Under the pieces are notes generated by a model, which ran no database searches, was not told the origin of the DNA, and worked only from the letters and a program-made list of their open reading frames with translations. Of a stretch of 64,000 nt of DNA, positions 1 through 10,754 are shown in pieces. Every line of letters begins with the position of its first letter. Positions within the stretch are counted from its first letter, which is position 1. Position numbers and translations under genes: made by a program. This DNA is from Dehalococcoidia bacterium (GTDB lineage: Bacteria; Chloroflexota; Dehalococcoidia; UBA6926). The DNA lies in contig DAOUJJ010000006.1 of the NCBI GenBank assembly GCA_034422835.1, positions 64,799 to 128,798 of the forward strand, written 5' to 3'.

Positions 1-945
1 ATGAAGTGGTGCGATAGCGCTCGTTGCCTGACGATGAGCGGATCAGAGAACATCGTTCCGTCAAAGCTCGATATGCCCGCCTCCGTCCCCACCCACAGAA
101 GCTCCGCATCGTTGACCGCGTCCTCGTCCGGCGCCAGTACGGCCAGCGCAGTCACGAAGTTGGACGGCAAACCCTCCTGCGTGGTGTATGGGTCATCCCG
201 CCATTCGCCGTCCGCGTGCAGCACGTTCAGGCCGCCGCCATACGCGCCGATGTAGAGATCGCCCTTGGAGTCCTCCAGGAAAACACGCACTTCGTTTGAG
301 GCCAGGGGGCTGTTGTCTTCTGTATAGACGGTGCGTCGTCCGTCCTCCTCGAACACCACGACGCCGTCCTTTGATCCAACCCAGACGCGGCCTCCGGCGT
401 CCTCGTAGAACGTCCAGATACGATCGTCGGGAAGGCCGTCATCGGCGCGGAAGGTCGTCCATTCACCATCTTCGAACAGACGGATGCCCTCGCCCCACGT
501 GCCGACCCATATCCGATCCTGGCTGTCCAGCAAGAGCGCGGAGACGAACACCTCATCCAGGCCGAGGCTGCCATCGTCATCGAGGCGCGACCATTGGCCA
601 TCTTCAAGGACGACGATGCCCTTCTCCGTGCCGACCCAAACAGCGCCGTGCGGGTGATGGATGAACGAGGTCACGCGCGCAGTGATGCCGCTGTTGGTCG
701 CGTTATAGGTGATGAGCGCCCCATCGTCATAGAGAGACGCGCCATTGTCGAAGCCCGCGAACCACTTGCGCCCGTGGGTGTCCTCGTAGACCTCCGTCAG
801 ATAGAAACTGGCGATGCTGGTGTTTTCGACGTTGTAAACGGTCCACAGGCCGCGGCCTGAATTGGTCTGCTCGCCGCTGCCGGCGGCACCAATGAGGACA
901 AGCATCATCAAAGACGCCAATGTGACGCCGCGTAATGCGTTCACA
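1..945 (-). CDS. Secreted beta-propeller protein (two-component-regulator propeller / Reg_prop-like repeats); partial, C-terminus beyond window start
   Basis: Minus-strand frame is open from the window edge to a GTG at 945, preceded by GGAGGGGAAAGG. The N-terminus is signal-peptide-like (LASLMMLVLIGAAGSG). Repeated W/G/D-rich ~45-aa units (VWVGTxxG, RIWVGT, DGxW) are typical of Reg_prop propellers. Not in the ORF track because it runs off the window. Confidence 0.6.
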
Positions 946-1183
946 GCCTTTCCCCTCCGGGACCGGCGTGGGCGTGCTGTTTCATGCGATTCAATTCTTG
1001 GACGCGCGTAATCATTCACTCTGAGCACACAGTTTAGCGCGGAATGAGCCGAGTGGCGCGGCTAGCGGCAAAAATGACGCGCGCGGGAGTCGCGTGGTAC
1101 GATACGGCGTGTCTGAAACTGCCAAGAGCAGCGTGAATCAGTGGTGGGACTAACTGAGCTGTCTTGCGCAAAGGGGGTACCAA

Positions 1184-1612
1184 TTGGCGGATGAGGTTTT
1201 GGGCGTGTCCATCGGGCGCGTTGTGACGTTCACCAAGCAGATCACGGCGCGTGACGTGGAACTCTTTGCAGAGGCGTCCGGAGACGATCAGCCGCTGCAC
1301 CTCAACGATGACATTGCCAAGCGGTCCCGCTTTGGTCAACGCATCGCGCACGGTATCCTGACAGCCGGCGTCATATCCGCCGCCATCGGCACAAGGCTGG
1401 TGCCGGACGGCATCGCCATCTACCTTGGCCAGACACTCCAGTTCCAGCGGCCCGTCAACCTGGGCGATACCATCACCGCCACGCTTGAGGTGACCGCGCT
1501 GGACGCGGAGCGCAGGCGGGCGACCCTTTCCACAACATGCGCGAACCAGAACGATGAGACAGTTCTCACCGGCGAGGCGCAGGTGCTGCTCGACGCGCTG
1601 GGTGAGGAATAA
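1184..1612 (+). CDS. MaoC-like (R)-specific enoyl-CoA hydratase / hotdog-fold dehydratase, 142 aa
   Basis: Single hotdog domain with MaoC signature region (DDQPLHLNDDIAKRSRFGQRIAHG). First gene of a co-directional acyl-CoA cluster. Confidence 0.85.
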   Translation: MADEVLGVSIGRVVTFTKQITARDVELFAEASGDDQPLHLNDDIAKRSRFGQRIAHGILTAGVISAAIGTRLVPDGIAIYLGQTLQFQRPVNLGDTITATLEVTALDAERRRATLSTTCANQNDETVLTGEAQVLLDALGEE

Positions 1613-1680
1613 CACGAAAACCACAGCCGCGCAGATACACCGTCGAGGACCAGCTATTCCGTCACAGGAGGCCTTAGCAG

Positions 1681-2712
1681 ATGTTTGTTCTTGATCAGGG
1701 CAGCCGAATTGTCGTTCCGCGGACGGAAATGACGTATCCCGGCCACAACATGCGGATGCATGAGAATGCATCCACTGCGCCCGTCGACCACGTAATGGCC
1801 GACCTGGAGGATGCCTGCCCCTACGAGTTCAAGGGTGATCCTTCCCGCAGCACCATCATGGAGGCGTTCAACACACTCGATTACGGCGACAAGGTCGTCA
1901 CGTTCCGCCCGAACAACATCCATTCCCGCTTCTTCCTCGGCGACGTGGAGACGATCATGCGGGGAGCCGTCGACAAGTTCCACGGGATTATCCTGCCCAA
2001 GGTGACGGGACCGGAGGACGTGATCTACGTCTCCCGTCTTCTGGATGCGCTTGAGCTTGAGGCAGGATGGACGACAAAGGTTGCCATTGAGACTCTAATC
2101 GAGACGCCCGAGGCGATGGTCAACGTCAGCAAGATTGCAACGGCATCGCCGCGGATGGCGGGACTGATCTTCGGCATCGCGGACTTCGCGGCGGTGATGG
2201 GCGTCGTGGACGTCGTTGAAAACCAGAACAAGAACTTCCACTACGCCAAGCAGCACATGGCGGTGGCGGCAAAGGCTGCCGAGCTGCACGCCATCGACAA
2301 CGTATTCTTCACCCTCGTCCGGCGTGACACGACGGAGGAGGACGCGGCCAAGATCAATGAGGACCTGCTCCAGAAGAACGTCGAAGCCGCGAACCTGGGC
2401 ATGGACGGCACGTGGATCATCCACCCGCAACAGGCGCCGATGGCCAACATGGCCTACACACCGAGCGACTCCCTTACGGAATACGCCTCACGCCTGATTG
2501 ACAACTACCATGAGCGCGGCGGCGGGGCATTTGTCTTCGAGGAGACGGGAGAGTTCGTCGATGAGGCGACGGCCAAGGGTTATCTGGTGCTCCTTGCAAA
2601 GGCCGCGCAGGCGGGCAAGGTGGAAGCGGACTGGCTGTCCGAGCACGCCGCGCGACACGCGGAAATCACGGGCTATGACGTGCTGCGGCAGGCGGGCCGA
2701 CACGTCGCCTAG
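1681..2712 (+). CDS. HpcH/HpaI-CitE family CoA-ester lyase (malyl-CoA / beta-methylmalyl-CoA / citramalyl-CoA lyase-like), 343 aa
   Basis: CitE-like TIM-barrel lyase length and motifs (FRPNNIHSRFF, ETPEAMVNV, IFGIADFA). AGGAGG RBS upstream of the ATG. Confidence 0.8.
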   Translation: MFVLDQGSRIVVPRTEMTYPGHNMRMHENASTAPVDHVMADLEDACPYEFKGDPSRSTIMEAFNTLDYGDKVVTFRPNNIHSRFFLGDVETIMRGAVDKFHGIILPKVTGPEDVIYVSRLLDALELEAGWTTKVAIETLIETPEAMVNVSKIATASPRMAGLIFGIADFAAVMGVVDVVENQNKNFHYAKQHMAVAAKAAELHAIDNVFFTLVRRDTTEEDAAKINEDLLQKNVEAANLGMDGTWIIHPQQAPMANMAYTPSDSLTEYASRLIDNYHERGGGAFVFEETGEFVDEATAKGYLVLLAKAAQAGKVEADWLSEHAARHAEITGYDVLRQAGRHVA

Positions 2713-2735
2713 AGGAATCCCCGTCCGAGAGCGTC

Positions 2736-3896
2736 ATGCCTGATCCCGTCATCGAACCGCAGGACGCCATCGCGGCTGAGGTGCGCCGGTGGGTTGACCG
2801 AGAGGTCATTCCGGTCGTTGATGAGCTTGAGCACAACAACACCTTCCCCGACCAACTCGTGAAAGGGATGCGGGAACTCGGCCTATTTGAGTTGATGATT
2901 CCCCAGGAATACGGCGGCATCGGCGCAACATATGTGAGTTATTCCGGCGTGGTTGAGGAGTTGGCACGGGGATGGATGAGCCTTGGCGGGATTCTGAATA
3001 CCCACGTCATCATCACGCACCTTGTCGCCACGTACGGCACGGACGACCAGAAACAGCGTTATCTGCCGCAGCTGGCAACGGCGGAGCGGCGAGGCGCGCT
3101 GACAATCACGGAGCCGAACGCAGGCTCAGACGTGCAGGCGATCCAGACCGTTGCCGTGAAGGACGGGGACGACTACGTGGTGAATGGCTCCAAGCTGTTC
3201 GTGAGCAACGGGCGGCGCGGCGGGCTGTTTGCCATGGCCGTCAAGACGGACCCTCACGTCGATCCTCGCTATCGCGGCATCTCCTGCCTGCTCGTTCAGC
3301 CCGATTTTGAGGGCTTCAACGTCACGCGTGACATTGAGAAACTTGGGTACAAGGGCATCGAGGCGTCCGAGCTATCGATGGACGACCTGCGCGTCCCTGC
3401 GAGCAACCTGCTCGGCGGTGAGGAGGGACAGGGGTTCTTCCAGATACTGAGCGGCGTTGAAGTTGGGCGAGTGAATACGGCGGCGCGGGCCGTCGGTGTG
3501 GCGCGGGCGGCATTCGAGGCCGCGGCGACGTATGCCCAGCAGCGGCAGGCGTTCGGCAAGCCCATCGGAGAACACCAGGCCATCCAACTCAAGCTCGCCG
3601 ATATGTACACGAACATCACGGCGGCGCGGCTGTTGGCGCGGTGGGCTGCCGGGGTCAAGGACCAGGGCGGTCGGGCCGACACGGAGGTCGGCATGGCCAA
3701 GCTGTTCGCGACCGAGGTTGCAACAGAGGCGACACTGGAGTCCATGAGGATTCATGGCGGGATAGGCTACACGAAGGAGATGCCGGTTGAGCGGTTCTTC
3801 CGGGACGCGCCCGGCATGATGATCTATGAGGGCACGAACGAGATCCAGCGGACTATCATCGCGCGGAGCGTGCTGCAGCGGTACGCTGTGAGTTAA
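2736..3896 (+). CDS. Acyl-CoA dehydrogenase, 386 aa
   Basis: Canonical ACAD N-alpha/beta/C-alpha layout. C-terminal YEGTNEIQR motif containing the catalytic Glu. Confidence 0.9.
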   Translation: MPDPVIEPQDAIAAEVRRWVDREVIPVVDELEHNNTFPDQLVKGMRELGLFELMIPQEYGGIGATYVSYSGVVEELARGWMSLGGILNTHVIITHLVATYGTDDQKQRYLPQLATAERRGALTITEPNAGSDVQAIQTVAVKDGDDYVVNGSKLFVSNGRRGGLFAMAVKTDPHVDPRYRGISCLLVQPDFEGFNVTRDIEKLGYKGIEASELSMDDLRVPASNLLGGEEGQGFFQILSGVEVGRVNTAARAVGVARAAFEAAATYAQQRQAFGKPIGEHQAIQLKLADMYTNITAARLLARWAAGVKDQGGRADTEVGMAKLFATEVATEATLESMRIHGGIGYTKEMPVERFFRDAPGMMIYEGTNEIQRTIIARSVLQRYAVS

Positions 3897-3909
3897 TCGG
3901 GGGATAAGC

Positions 3910-4482
3910 ATGCAATTCGGGCGGTATCTTGAGGAGTTCGAAGAGGGGGCGGTGTACAAGCACTGGCCCGGCAGGACAATCACGCAGGCGGACGATATCG
4001 CCTTCTGCATGCTGACGATGAATCACCATCCACTGCACATCGATGAGGAGTTCGGCAGGAACAGCCAGTTCGGGCAGAACGTCGTTGTGGGCAACCTGGT
4101 TGTCGACATTGCCTTTGGTCTCAGCGTGCCGGACGTGTCCGGGCGCGCTATCGCCAATCTCGGGCTGGATGAGATTCGATTCCACAAGCCGACGTTCCAC
4201 GGGGATACCATTCATGCAGAGACAGAAGTGCTGTCGGTGCGATCAAGCGATACACGACCGGATCGTGGCGTCGTGACGGTAGAGACACGCGCCAAGAACC
4301 AACGCGAAGAGACGGTGATGACGTTCAAGAGGAGCGTACTGATTCCACGGAGACCCGATTCCTCTGCCGAACGGAATCAGGAGATAATCGAAGCCCGTGA
4401 GCGCGGCGAGAAAGTCAAGGAAATCGCTGCTCGATATGCGCTAACGGAGGCACGTGTGTACGAGATTCTGCGGGGGCTGTAG
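3910..4482 (+). CDS. MaoC-like hotdog hydratase with C-terminal Fis-type helix-turn-helix extension, 190 aa
   Basis: Residues 1-150 are a MaoC hotdog (HHPLHIDEEFGRNSQFGQNVVVG). The last ~38 aa (RNQEIIEARERGEKVKEIAARYALTEARVYEILRGL) look like an HTH_8/Fis-type DNA-binding helix pair. Confidence 0.8.
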   Translation: MQFGRYLEEFEEGAVYKHWPGRTITQADDIAFCMLTMNHHPLHIDEEFGRNSQFGQNVVVGNLVVDIAFGLSVPDVSGRAIANLGLDEIRFHKPTFHGDTIHAETEVLSVRSSDTRPDRGVVTVETRAKNQREETVMTFKRSVLIPRRPDSSAERNQEIIEARERGEKVKEIAARYALTEARVYEILRGL

Positions 4483-4484
4483 CT

Positions 4485-6149
4485 ATGGCAACACGCTCTG
4501 AAGAGGAAATCCGCGCCGCGCACGCGGCGTGGGAGGAAAAGACCGCCGGCGCCCGTGAGCGCAAGGAGTCCTTTGACACTGATTCAGTTGAGGGGATCAG
4601 CCGGGCGTATTCGCCTGAGAGCATCCCTAATCTGGACTTTCTCAGTGAAGTTGGATTCCCCGGCGAGTACCCATTCACGCGCGGCGTGCAGCCAACCATG
4701 TACCGGGGGCGGCTATGGTCGATGCGGCAGTACGCCGGATTCGGCACGCCGACGGAGTCCAATGAGCGCTTCCGCTACCTGCTGGAGCAGGGGCAGACGG
4801 GACTCTCGGTGGCCTTTGATCTCCCAACGCAGCTGGGCTACGACTCCGATGATTCGCACTCGCTTGGCGAGGTCGGCAAGGTCGGCGTGGCCATCGATTC
4901 CCTACGCGATATGGAGTTGATGTTCCAGGACATCCCGCTGGACAAGGTCAGCACCTCCATGACCATCAACGCGCCGGCAGCCCTGTTGGTCGCCATGTAC
5001 GTGGCGGTTGGCGAGAAACAGGGGCATGAACCCGCCGCGCTCACCGGAACCGCGCAGAACGACGTGCTCAAGGAATACATCGCGCGCGGGACGTATATCT
5101 ATCCGCCGGGGCCATCATTGCGCCTTGCCGCGGATCTCGTCGGCTATTGCGCGCGGGAGATGCCGCGATTCAACAGCATCTCCATCAGCGGCTATCACAT
5201 GCGCGACGCCGGCAGCACGGCGGCGCAGGAAATCGCGTTCACGTTCGCCAATGCCATCGCGTATGGCGAGGCATTTGTGGAACGCGGCGTCGACGCCGAT
5301 TCATGGGGCCCGCGCGTCTCATGGATTTTCAATACGCACAACAATTTTCTGGAGGAAGTCGCCAAGTACCGGGCGCTGCGCCGCATGTGGGCGAAAATCA
5401 TGAAAGAGCGGTTCGGCGCGCAGGACCCACGGTCATGGATGCTCCGAACGCACACGCAGACCGGCGGCTCCACGTTGACGGCGCAACAGCCGCAGAACAA
5501 CATCGTCCGCGCGGCGTACCAGGCCATGGCGGCGGTGCTGGGCGGCGTGCAGAGCCTTGCGTTGTCTTGCTACGACGAGGCGCTTGGCATCCCGACGGAT
5601 GAGGCGCAGCGCGTTGCCTTGCGAACGCAGCAGATCCTCGCGCATGAGACGGGGGTTGCCGACACCGTAGACCCGCTTGCAGGTTCCTACTTCGTCGAGT
5701 GGATGACCAACAACCTGGAAGAGAAGGCGTGGCAGTACCTGCGCCAGATCGAGGATCTTGGCGGCGCTGTGACTGCCATCGAGAATGGTGTCATTCAGAA
5801 GGAGATCGTGCAGGCGTCCTATGACGTAGCGCAGTCCATCGAGAACGGCGATCAGCTTGTCGTCGGCGTCAACTCATTCACGGACGGCAACGAGGACCAA
5901 TCTCTGCAGGTGTTCCGCGTGGACAACCGCGTCGTCGCGGAGCAGCACCAATCGCTGGAGCGTGTACGCGCTGAGCGGAGCGCGGAGGACGTGACGAACG
6001 CGCTTGAGGCGCTGCGAGGCGCGGCGCGTGGAAACGGCGACCTCATGGAGCCGATATTGGGCGCAGTGCGGGCGTACGCGACGACGGGCGAAATCTCAGA
6101 GGCGCTGAGAGACGTGTTCGGCGAGTACACGCCGCCGGTGGAGGTCTAG
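4485..6149 (+). CDS. Methylmalonyl-CoA mutase family, large (substrate-binding TIM-barrel) subunit; no fused B12-binding domain, 554 aa
   Basis: Strong similarity by eye to the MCM catalytic domain (RQYAGFGTPTESNERF, GLSVAFDLPTQLGYDSDD, FNSISISGYHM, QPQNNIVRAAYQAMAAVLGG). It ends at the typical C-terminus of split-type large subunits. No small B12 subunit gene is adjacent. Confidence 0.9.
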   Translation: MATRSEEEIRAAHAAWEEKTAGARERKESFDTDSVEGISRAYSPESIPNLDFLSEVGFPGEYPFTRGVQPTMYRGRLWSMRQYAGFGTPTESNERFRYLLEQGQTGLSVAFDLPTQLGYDSDDSHSLGEVGKVGVAIDSLRDMELMFQDIPLDKVSTSMTINAPAALLVAMYVAVGEKQGHEPAALTGTAQNDVLKEYIARGTYIYPPGPSLRLAADLVGYCAREMPRFNSISISGYHMRDAGSTAAQEIAFTFANAIAYGEAFVERGVDADSWGPRVSWIFNTHNNFLEEVAKYRALRRMWAKIMKERFGAQDPRSWMLRTHTQTGGSTLTAQQPQNNIVRAAYQAMAAVLGGVQSLALSCYDEALGIPTDEAQRVALRTQQILAHETGVADTVDPLAGSYFVEWMTNNLEEKAWQYLRQIEDLGGAVTAIENGVIQKEIVQASYDVAQSIENGDQLVVGVNSFTDGNEDQSLQVFRVDNRVVAEQHQSLERVRAERSAEDVTNALEALRGAARGNGDLMEPILGAVRAYATTGEISEALRDVFGEYTPPVEV

Positions 6150-6205
6150 GAGACGGGCTACGATTATCAGGGTTTGGCAAGATACGAGCGCGCTTTGGCG
6201 CGCGT

Positions 6206-6232
6206 GGATTCCCGCCTTCGCGGGAATGACGG
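6206..6232. repeat. REP-like palindromic element GGATTCCCGC-CTTC-GCGGGAATGACGG
   Basis: Intergenic, between the mutase gene and the SDR gene. Same core as the other copies. Confidence 0.7.
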
Positions 6233-6265
6233 AACAGAAGAGTTACGGAACAGGGGGTAAGGACG

Positions 6266-7015
6266 ATGGCAGGACTGTTGGACGGCAAGGTAGCGCTCGT
6301 TACGGGTGGATCACGCGGGATCGGCCGCGCCACGGCAATCGAGTTGGCGGCGAGCGGCGCGGCAGTCGCGGTGAACTATAACGCGAACGCGGACGCGGCC
6401 ACCGAGGTGGTCAATGAGATCACAGGGGCGGGCGGCAAGGCGGGCGCGTACCAGTTCAATATCGCCGACCGCGCGGCGGTTGATTCCCAGATCGACCAGA
6501 TCGTGTCCGACCTCGGACCGGTCCAGATCCTGGTGAACAACGCGGGCGCGACCGCAGATCGCACGCTCAGGAACATGTCAGACGAGCAGTGGGACAGCGT
6601 TATCGAGGTCAATCTGACCGGAACGTTTAACGTCACAAAGAAGGTCTGGAACATCATGGGCGAGGCAGGCGGCGGCCACATCGTCAACATCAGTTCCATC
6701 GTTGGCGAGGCCGGACGGCTTGGTCTGATCAACTATTCAACGGCCAAGGCGGGGCTTTTGGGCTTCACCAAGACGGCCGCGAGAGAGGGCGCGCGCACCA
6801 ACATCCAAGTGAACGCCATCGCGCCCGGGTTCATCGATACGGACATGATTTCCGGCCTGACGCCGGAGATGAAGGAGAACCTCAAGAAGGAGGCCGTTCT
6901 TGGCCGCCTGGGCGAGGTTGAGGAGATCGCGAAGGTCGTGCGGTTCATCGTGAGCGAGGCGAGCTACATGACGGGCGCGACTATCGACGTGAACGGCGGG
7001 ATGTACTACCGCTAG
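6266..7015 (+). CDS. SDR-family 3-oxoacyl-(ACP/CoA) reductase (FabG/PhaB-like), 249 aa
   Basis: TGGSRGIG Rossmann motif, NNAG motif, YSTAK catalytic motif. Confidence 0.85.
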   Translation: MAGLLDGKVALVTGGSRGIGRATAIELAASGAAVAVNYNANADAATEVVNEITGAGGKAGAYQFNIADRAAVDSQIDQIVSDLGPVQILVNNAGATADRTLRNMSDEQWDSVIEVNLTGTFNVTKKVWNIMGEAGGGHIVNISSIVGEAGRLGLINYSTAKAGLLGFTKTAAREGARTNIQVNAIAPGFIDTDMISGLTPEMKENLKKEAVLGRLGEVEEIAKVVRFIVSEASYMTGATIDVNGGMYYR

Positions 7016-7057
7016 GACTCCGTTGGCTACCGGGGACAACCCAGGGGGGATCAAACC

Positions 7058-8245
7058 ATGAGCGATGCAGTGATCGTGAGCGCGGTGCGAACCGCGGTGG
7101 GGACGATGGGCGGCGGCCTCTCAGGCGTGGCGGCGCCAAAACTGGGCGCAGTCACTATCAAGGAGGCCATCGGGCGCTCCGGCATTCCCGACGAGATTTT
7201 GCCGGATGAGGTGCTGATGGGGAACGTGATCCAGGCCGGATTGGGGCAGAATCCCGCCCGGCAGTCCGCCATCGAGAGCGGTTTGCCCGTCAGCGTGCCC
7301 GCCACCACCATCAACAAGGTATGCGGCTCCGGCCTCAAGACCGTCATCCTGGCCTCACAGGCCATTCGCGCAGGCGATGCCAGCTACATCGTCGCGGGCG
7401 GCATGGAAAACATGAGCGCCGGGCCGTACCTCGTGCAGAACGGCCGCTACGGCTATCGCCTCGGCAACGCCGAGCTGATCGACGCGACGGTCCACGATGG
7501 GCTGTGGTGCGCGATGGAAGATTGCCACATGGGCATCACGGCGGAGAACGTGGCCGCCGAATACGGCGTTACACGCGAGGACCAGGACGCTTTCTCCGCG
7601 GAGTCGCAGCGGCGCGCCGGGGCTGCGATGAGCAGCGGCCGTTTCGCGGATGAGATCGTCAACGTGGAGATCCCGCAGCGGCGCGGCGATCCGGTCATCG
7701 TGGACACCGATGAGCACCCGCGCCCGGACTCCACCAGCGAGACGCTGGGCAGGCTGCGCCCCGCCTTCACGCAGGACAACGGCACAGTCACGGCGGGCAA
7801 CGCCTCCGGCATCAACGACGGGGCGGCAACGACCATCGTGGTCTCTGAGGAGTTCGCCAACGAGCACGGTCTCAAGCCGCTGGCGCGCGTGCGCGGCTAC
7901 GCCGCCGCAGGCGTGGACCCCCGCATCATGGGCATCGGCCCCATCACTGCCATGCAGAAGGCCGTCCGCCACGCCGGACTGACCATCCAGGACATCGACC
8001 TGATCGAGTTGAACGAGGCGTTCGCGGCGCAGTCCGTGGCGGTGACGCGGGAGCTTGAGCTCGACTCGGACATCGTGAACGTGAACGGCGGCGCAATCGC
8101 CATCGGTCATCCCATCGGCGCGTCGGGCACGCGCATCTTCGTGACTCTGTTGCATGAGATGCAGAAGCGGGAGGCGCAGTTCGGCATGGCATCGCTGTGC
8201 ATCGGCGGCGGACAGGGCATCGCGCTGGTCGTTGAGGCCGTATAG
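7058..8245 (+). CDS. Acetyl-CoA C-acetyltransferase (thiolase II), 395 aa
   Basis: Thiolase motifs NKVCGSGLK (Cys nucleophile), [20 protein letters not shown]. Confidence 0.95.
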   Translation: MSDAVIVSAVRTAVGTMGGGLSGVAAPKLGAVTIKEAIGRSGIPDEILPDEVLMGNVIQAGLGQNPARQSAIESGLPVSVPATTINKVCGSGLKTVILASQAIRAGDASYIVAGGMENMSAGPYLVQNGRYGYRLGNAELIDATVHDGLWCAMEDCHMGITAENVAAEYGVTREDQDAFSAESQRRAGAAMSSGRFADEIVNVEIPQRRGDPVIVDTDEHPRPDSTSETLGRLRPAFTQDNGTVTAGNASGINDGAATTIVVSEEFANEHGLKPLARVRGYAAAGVDPRIMGIGPITAMQKAVRHAGLTIQDIDLIELNEAFAAQSVAVTRELELDSDIVNVNGGAIAIGHPIGASGTRIFVTLLHEMQKREAQFGMASLCIGGGQGIALVVEAV

Positions 8246-8314
8246 GAGGTTATTCCTCGGGTCTGCCGGCAGGCGTACAATCGGATAGTACGGGATTGAA
8301 AAGGAGTTGGGCTG

Positions 8315-8491
8315 GTGACGACGGTGGAAGAGCGCGTTAGTTTCATTGAGGGCAAGCTGGATCAGTTTGCCACGAAGGCCGATCTGGCCGAGACGGAATC
8401 GCGCTTGATCAAATGGATGGTAACGTTGCAGTTGCTTGGGTTGGGCGCAATAGCAGCAATCGTGGCCACGGCAGTCCAACTGATGGGATAG
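8315..8491 (+). CDS. Small hypothetical protein (58 aa) with coiled N-terminus and C-terminal transmembrane helix
   Basis: GTG start 8 nt after AAGGAG. Sequence VTTVEERVSFIEGKLDQF...LLGLGAIAAIVATAVQLMG. Below the ORF-track length cutoff. Confidence 0.3.
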   Translation: MTTVEERVSFIEGKLDQFATKADLAETESRLIKWMVTLQLLGLGAIAAIVATAVQLMG

Positions 8492-8587
8492 TGACGGCAT
8501 TTCGCCACTTGACGCAGACAGTAGCAATCAACTCTGTGGGGCGTGAATTGTTGCGGGGCGGGCGCTGAACGGCGCGGCCTCTGACAC

Positions 8588-8617
8588 TTGCGCGGGTTGG
8601 GGAGACATGCGTATACT
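8588..8617 (+). promoter_or_regulatory. Sigma-70-like promoter of groES-groEL (TTGCGC-N18-TATACT)
   Basis: Hexamers seen directly. CIRCE lies immediately downstream, as is typical for HrcA-regulated heat-shock promoters. Confidence 0.5.
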
Positions 8618-8624
8618 GCGCGTG

Positions 8625-8651
8625 TTAGCACTCTCGGCTTGAGAGTGCTAA
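8625..8651 (+). promoter_or_regulatory. CIRCE operator (HrcA binding site) TTAGCACTC-N9-GAGTGCTAA
   Basis: Perfect 9-bp inverted repeat with a 9-nt spacer, 40 bp upstream of groES. Confidence 0.9.
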
Positions 8652-8691
8652 TTGTGCGAAAACAAGGGTTACAGGAGGGATAGAGAGAGGT

Positions 8692-8985
8692 ATGGCGCGC
8701 ACATTTCAGCCGCTGGGGGATCGGATTCTGATCAAGCCCATTGAGCAGGAGGAGGTCTCCAAGGGGGGGCTGGTCCTGCCGGATACGGCGCGGGAGCGTC
8801 CTCAGGAGGGCGAGGTTATCGCGGCCGGCCCGGGACGCCTCAACGACGAGGGTAGCCGGATTCCGATGGAACTCGCCGTCGGTGACAAGGTTCTGTACGC
8901 GAAGTACGCGGGAACGGAACTGAAGGAAGACGACGAGGACTATCTGGTGCTCCGGGAGTCCGACATCCTGGCGAAGATCAGTTAG
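8692..8985 (+). CDS. groES: Co-chaperonin GroES
   Basis: 97 aa with cpn10 signature (ILIKP, KGGLVLPD, EGEVIAAGPG). Confidence 0.97.
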   Translation: MARTFQPLGDRILIKPIEQEEVSKGGLVLPDTARERPQEGEVIAAGPGRLNDEGSRIPMELAVGDKVLYAKYAGTELKEDDEDYLVLRESDILAKIS

Positions 8986-8991
8986 CTGTAG

Positions 8992-10629
<1,638 letters not shown>

Positions 10630-10654
10630 GCCGACTCACCTGATTCAAGACCGC

Positions 10655-10697
10655 AAGTACCCCGCTCACCGTGCGGTGAGCGGGGTACTTCTTTTTC
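10655..10697 (+). terminator. Rho-independent terminator after groEL
   Basis: GTACCCCGCTCACC-GTGC-GGTGAGCGGGGTAC stem followed by TTCTTTTT. Confidence 0.8.
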
Positions 10698-10754
10698 GGA
10701 GGCGGTTGGTCGTTTGGCTGAACGGCTTGTACCATCAGGCAGGGGGGTGAACTC

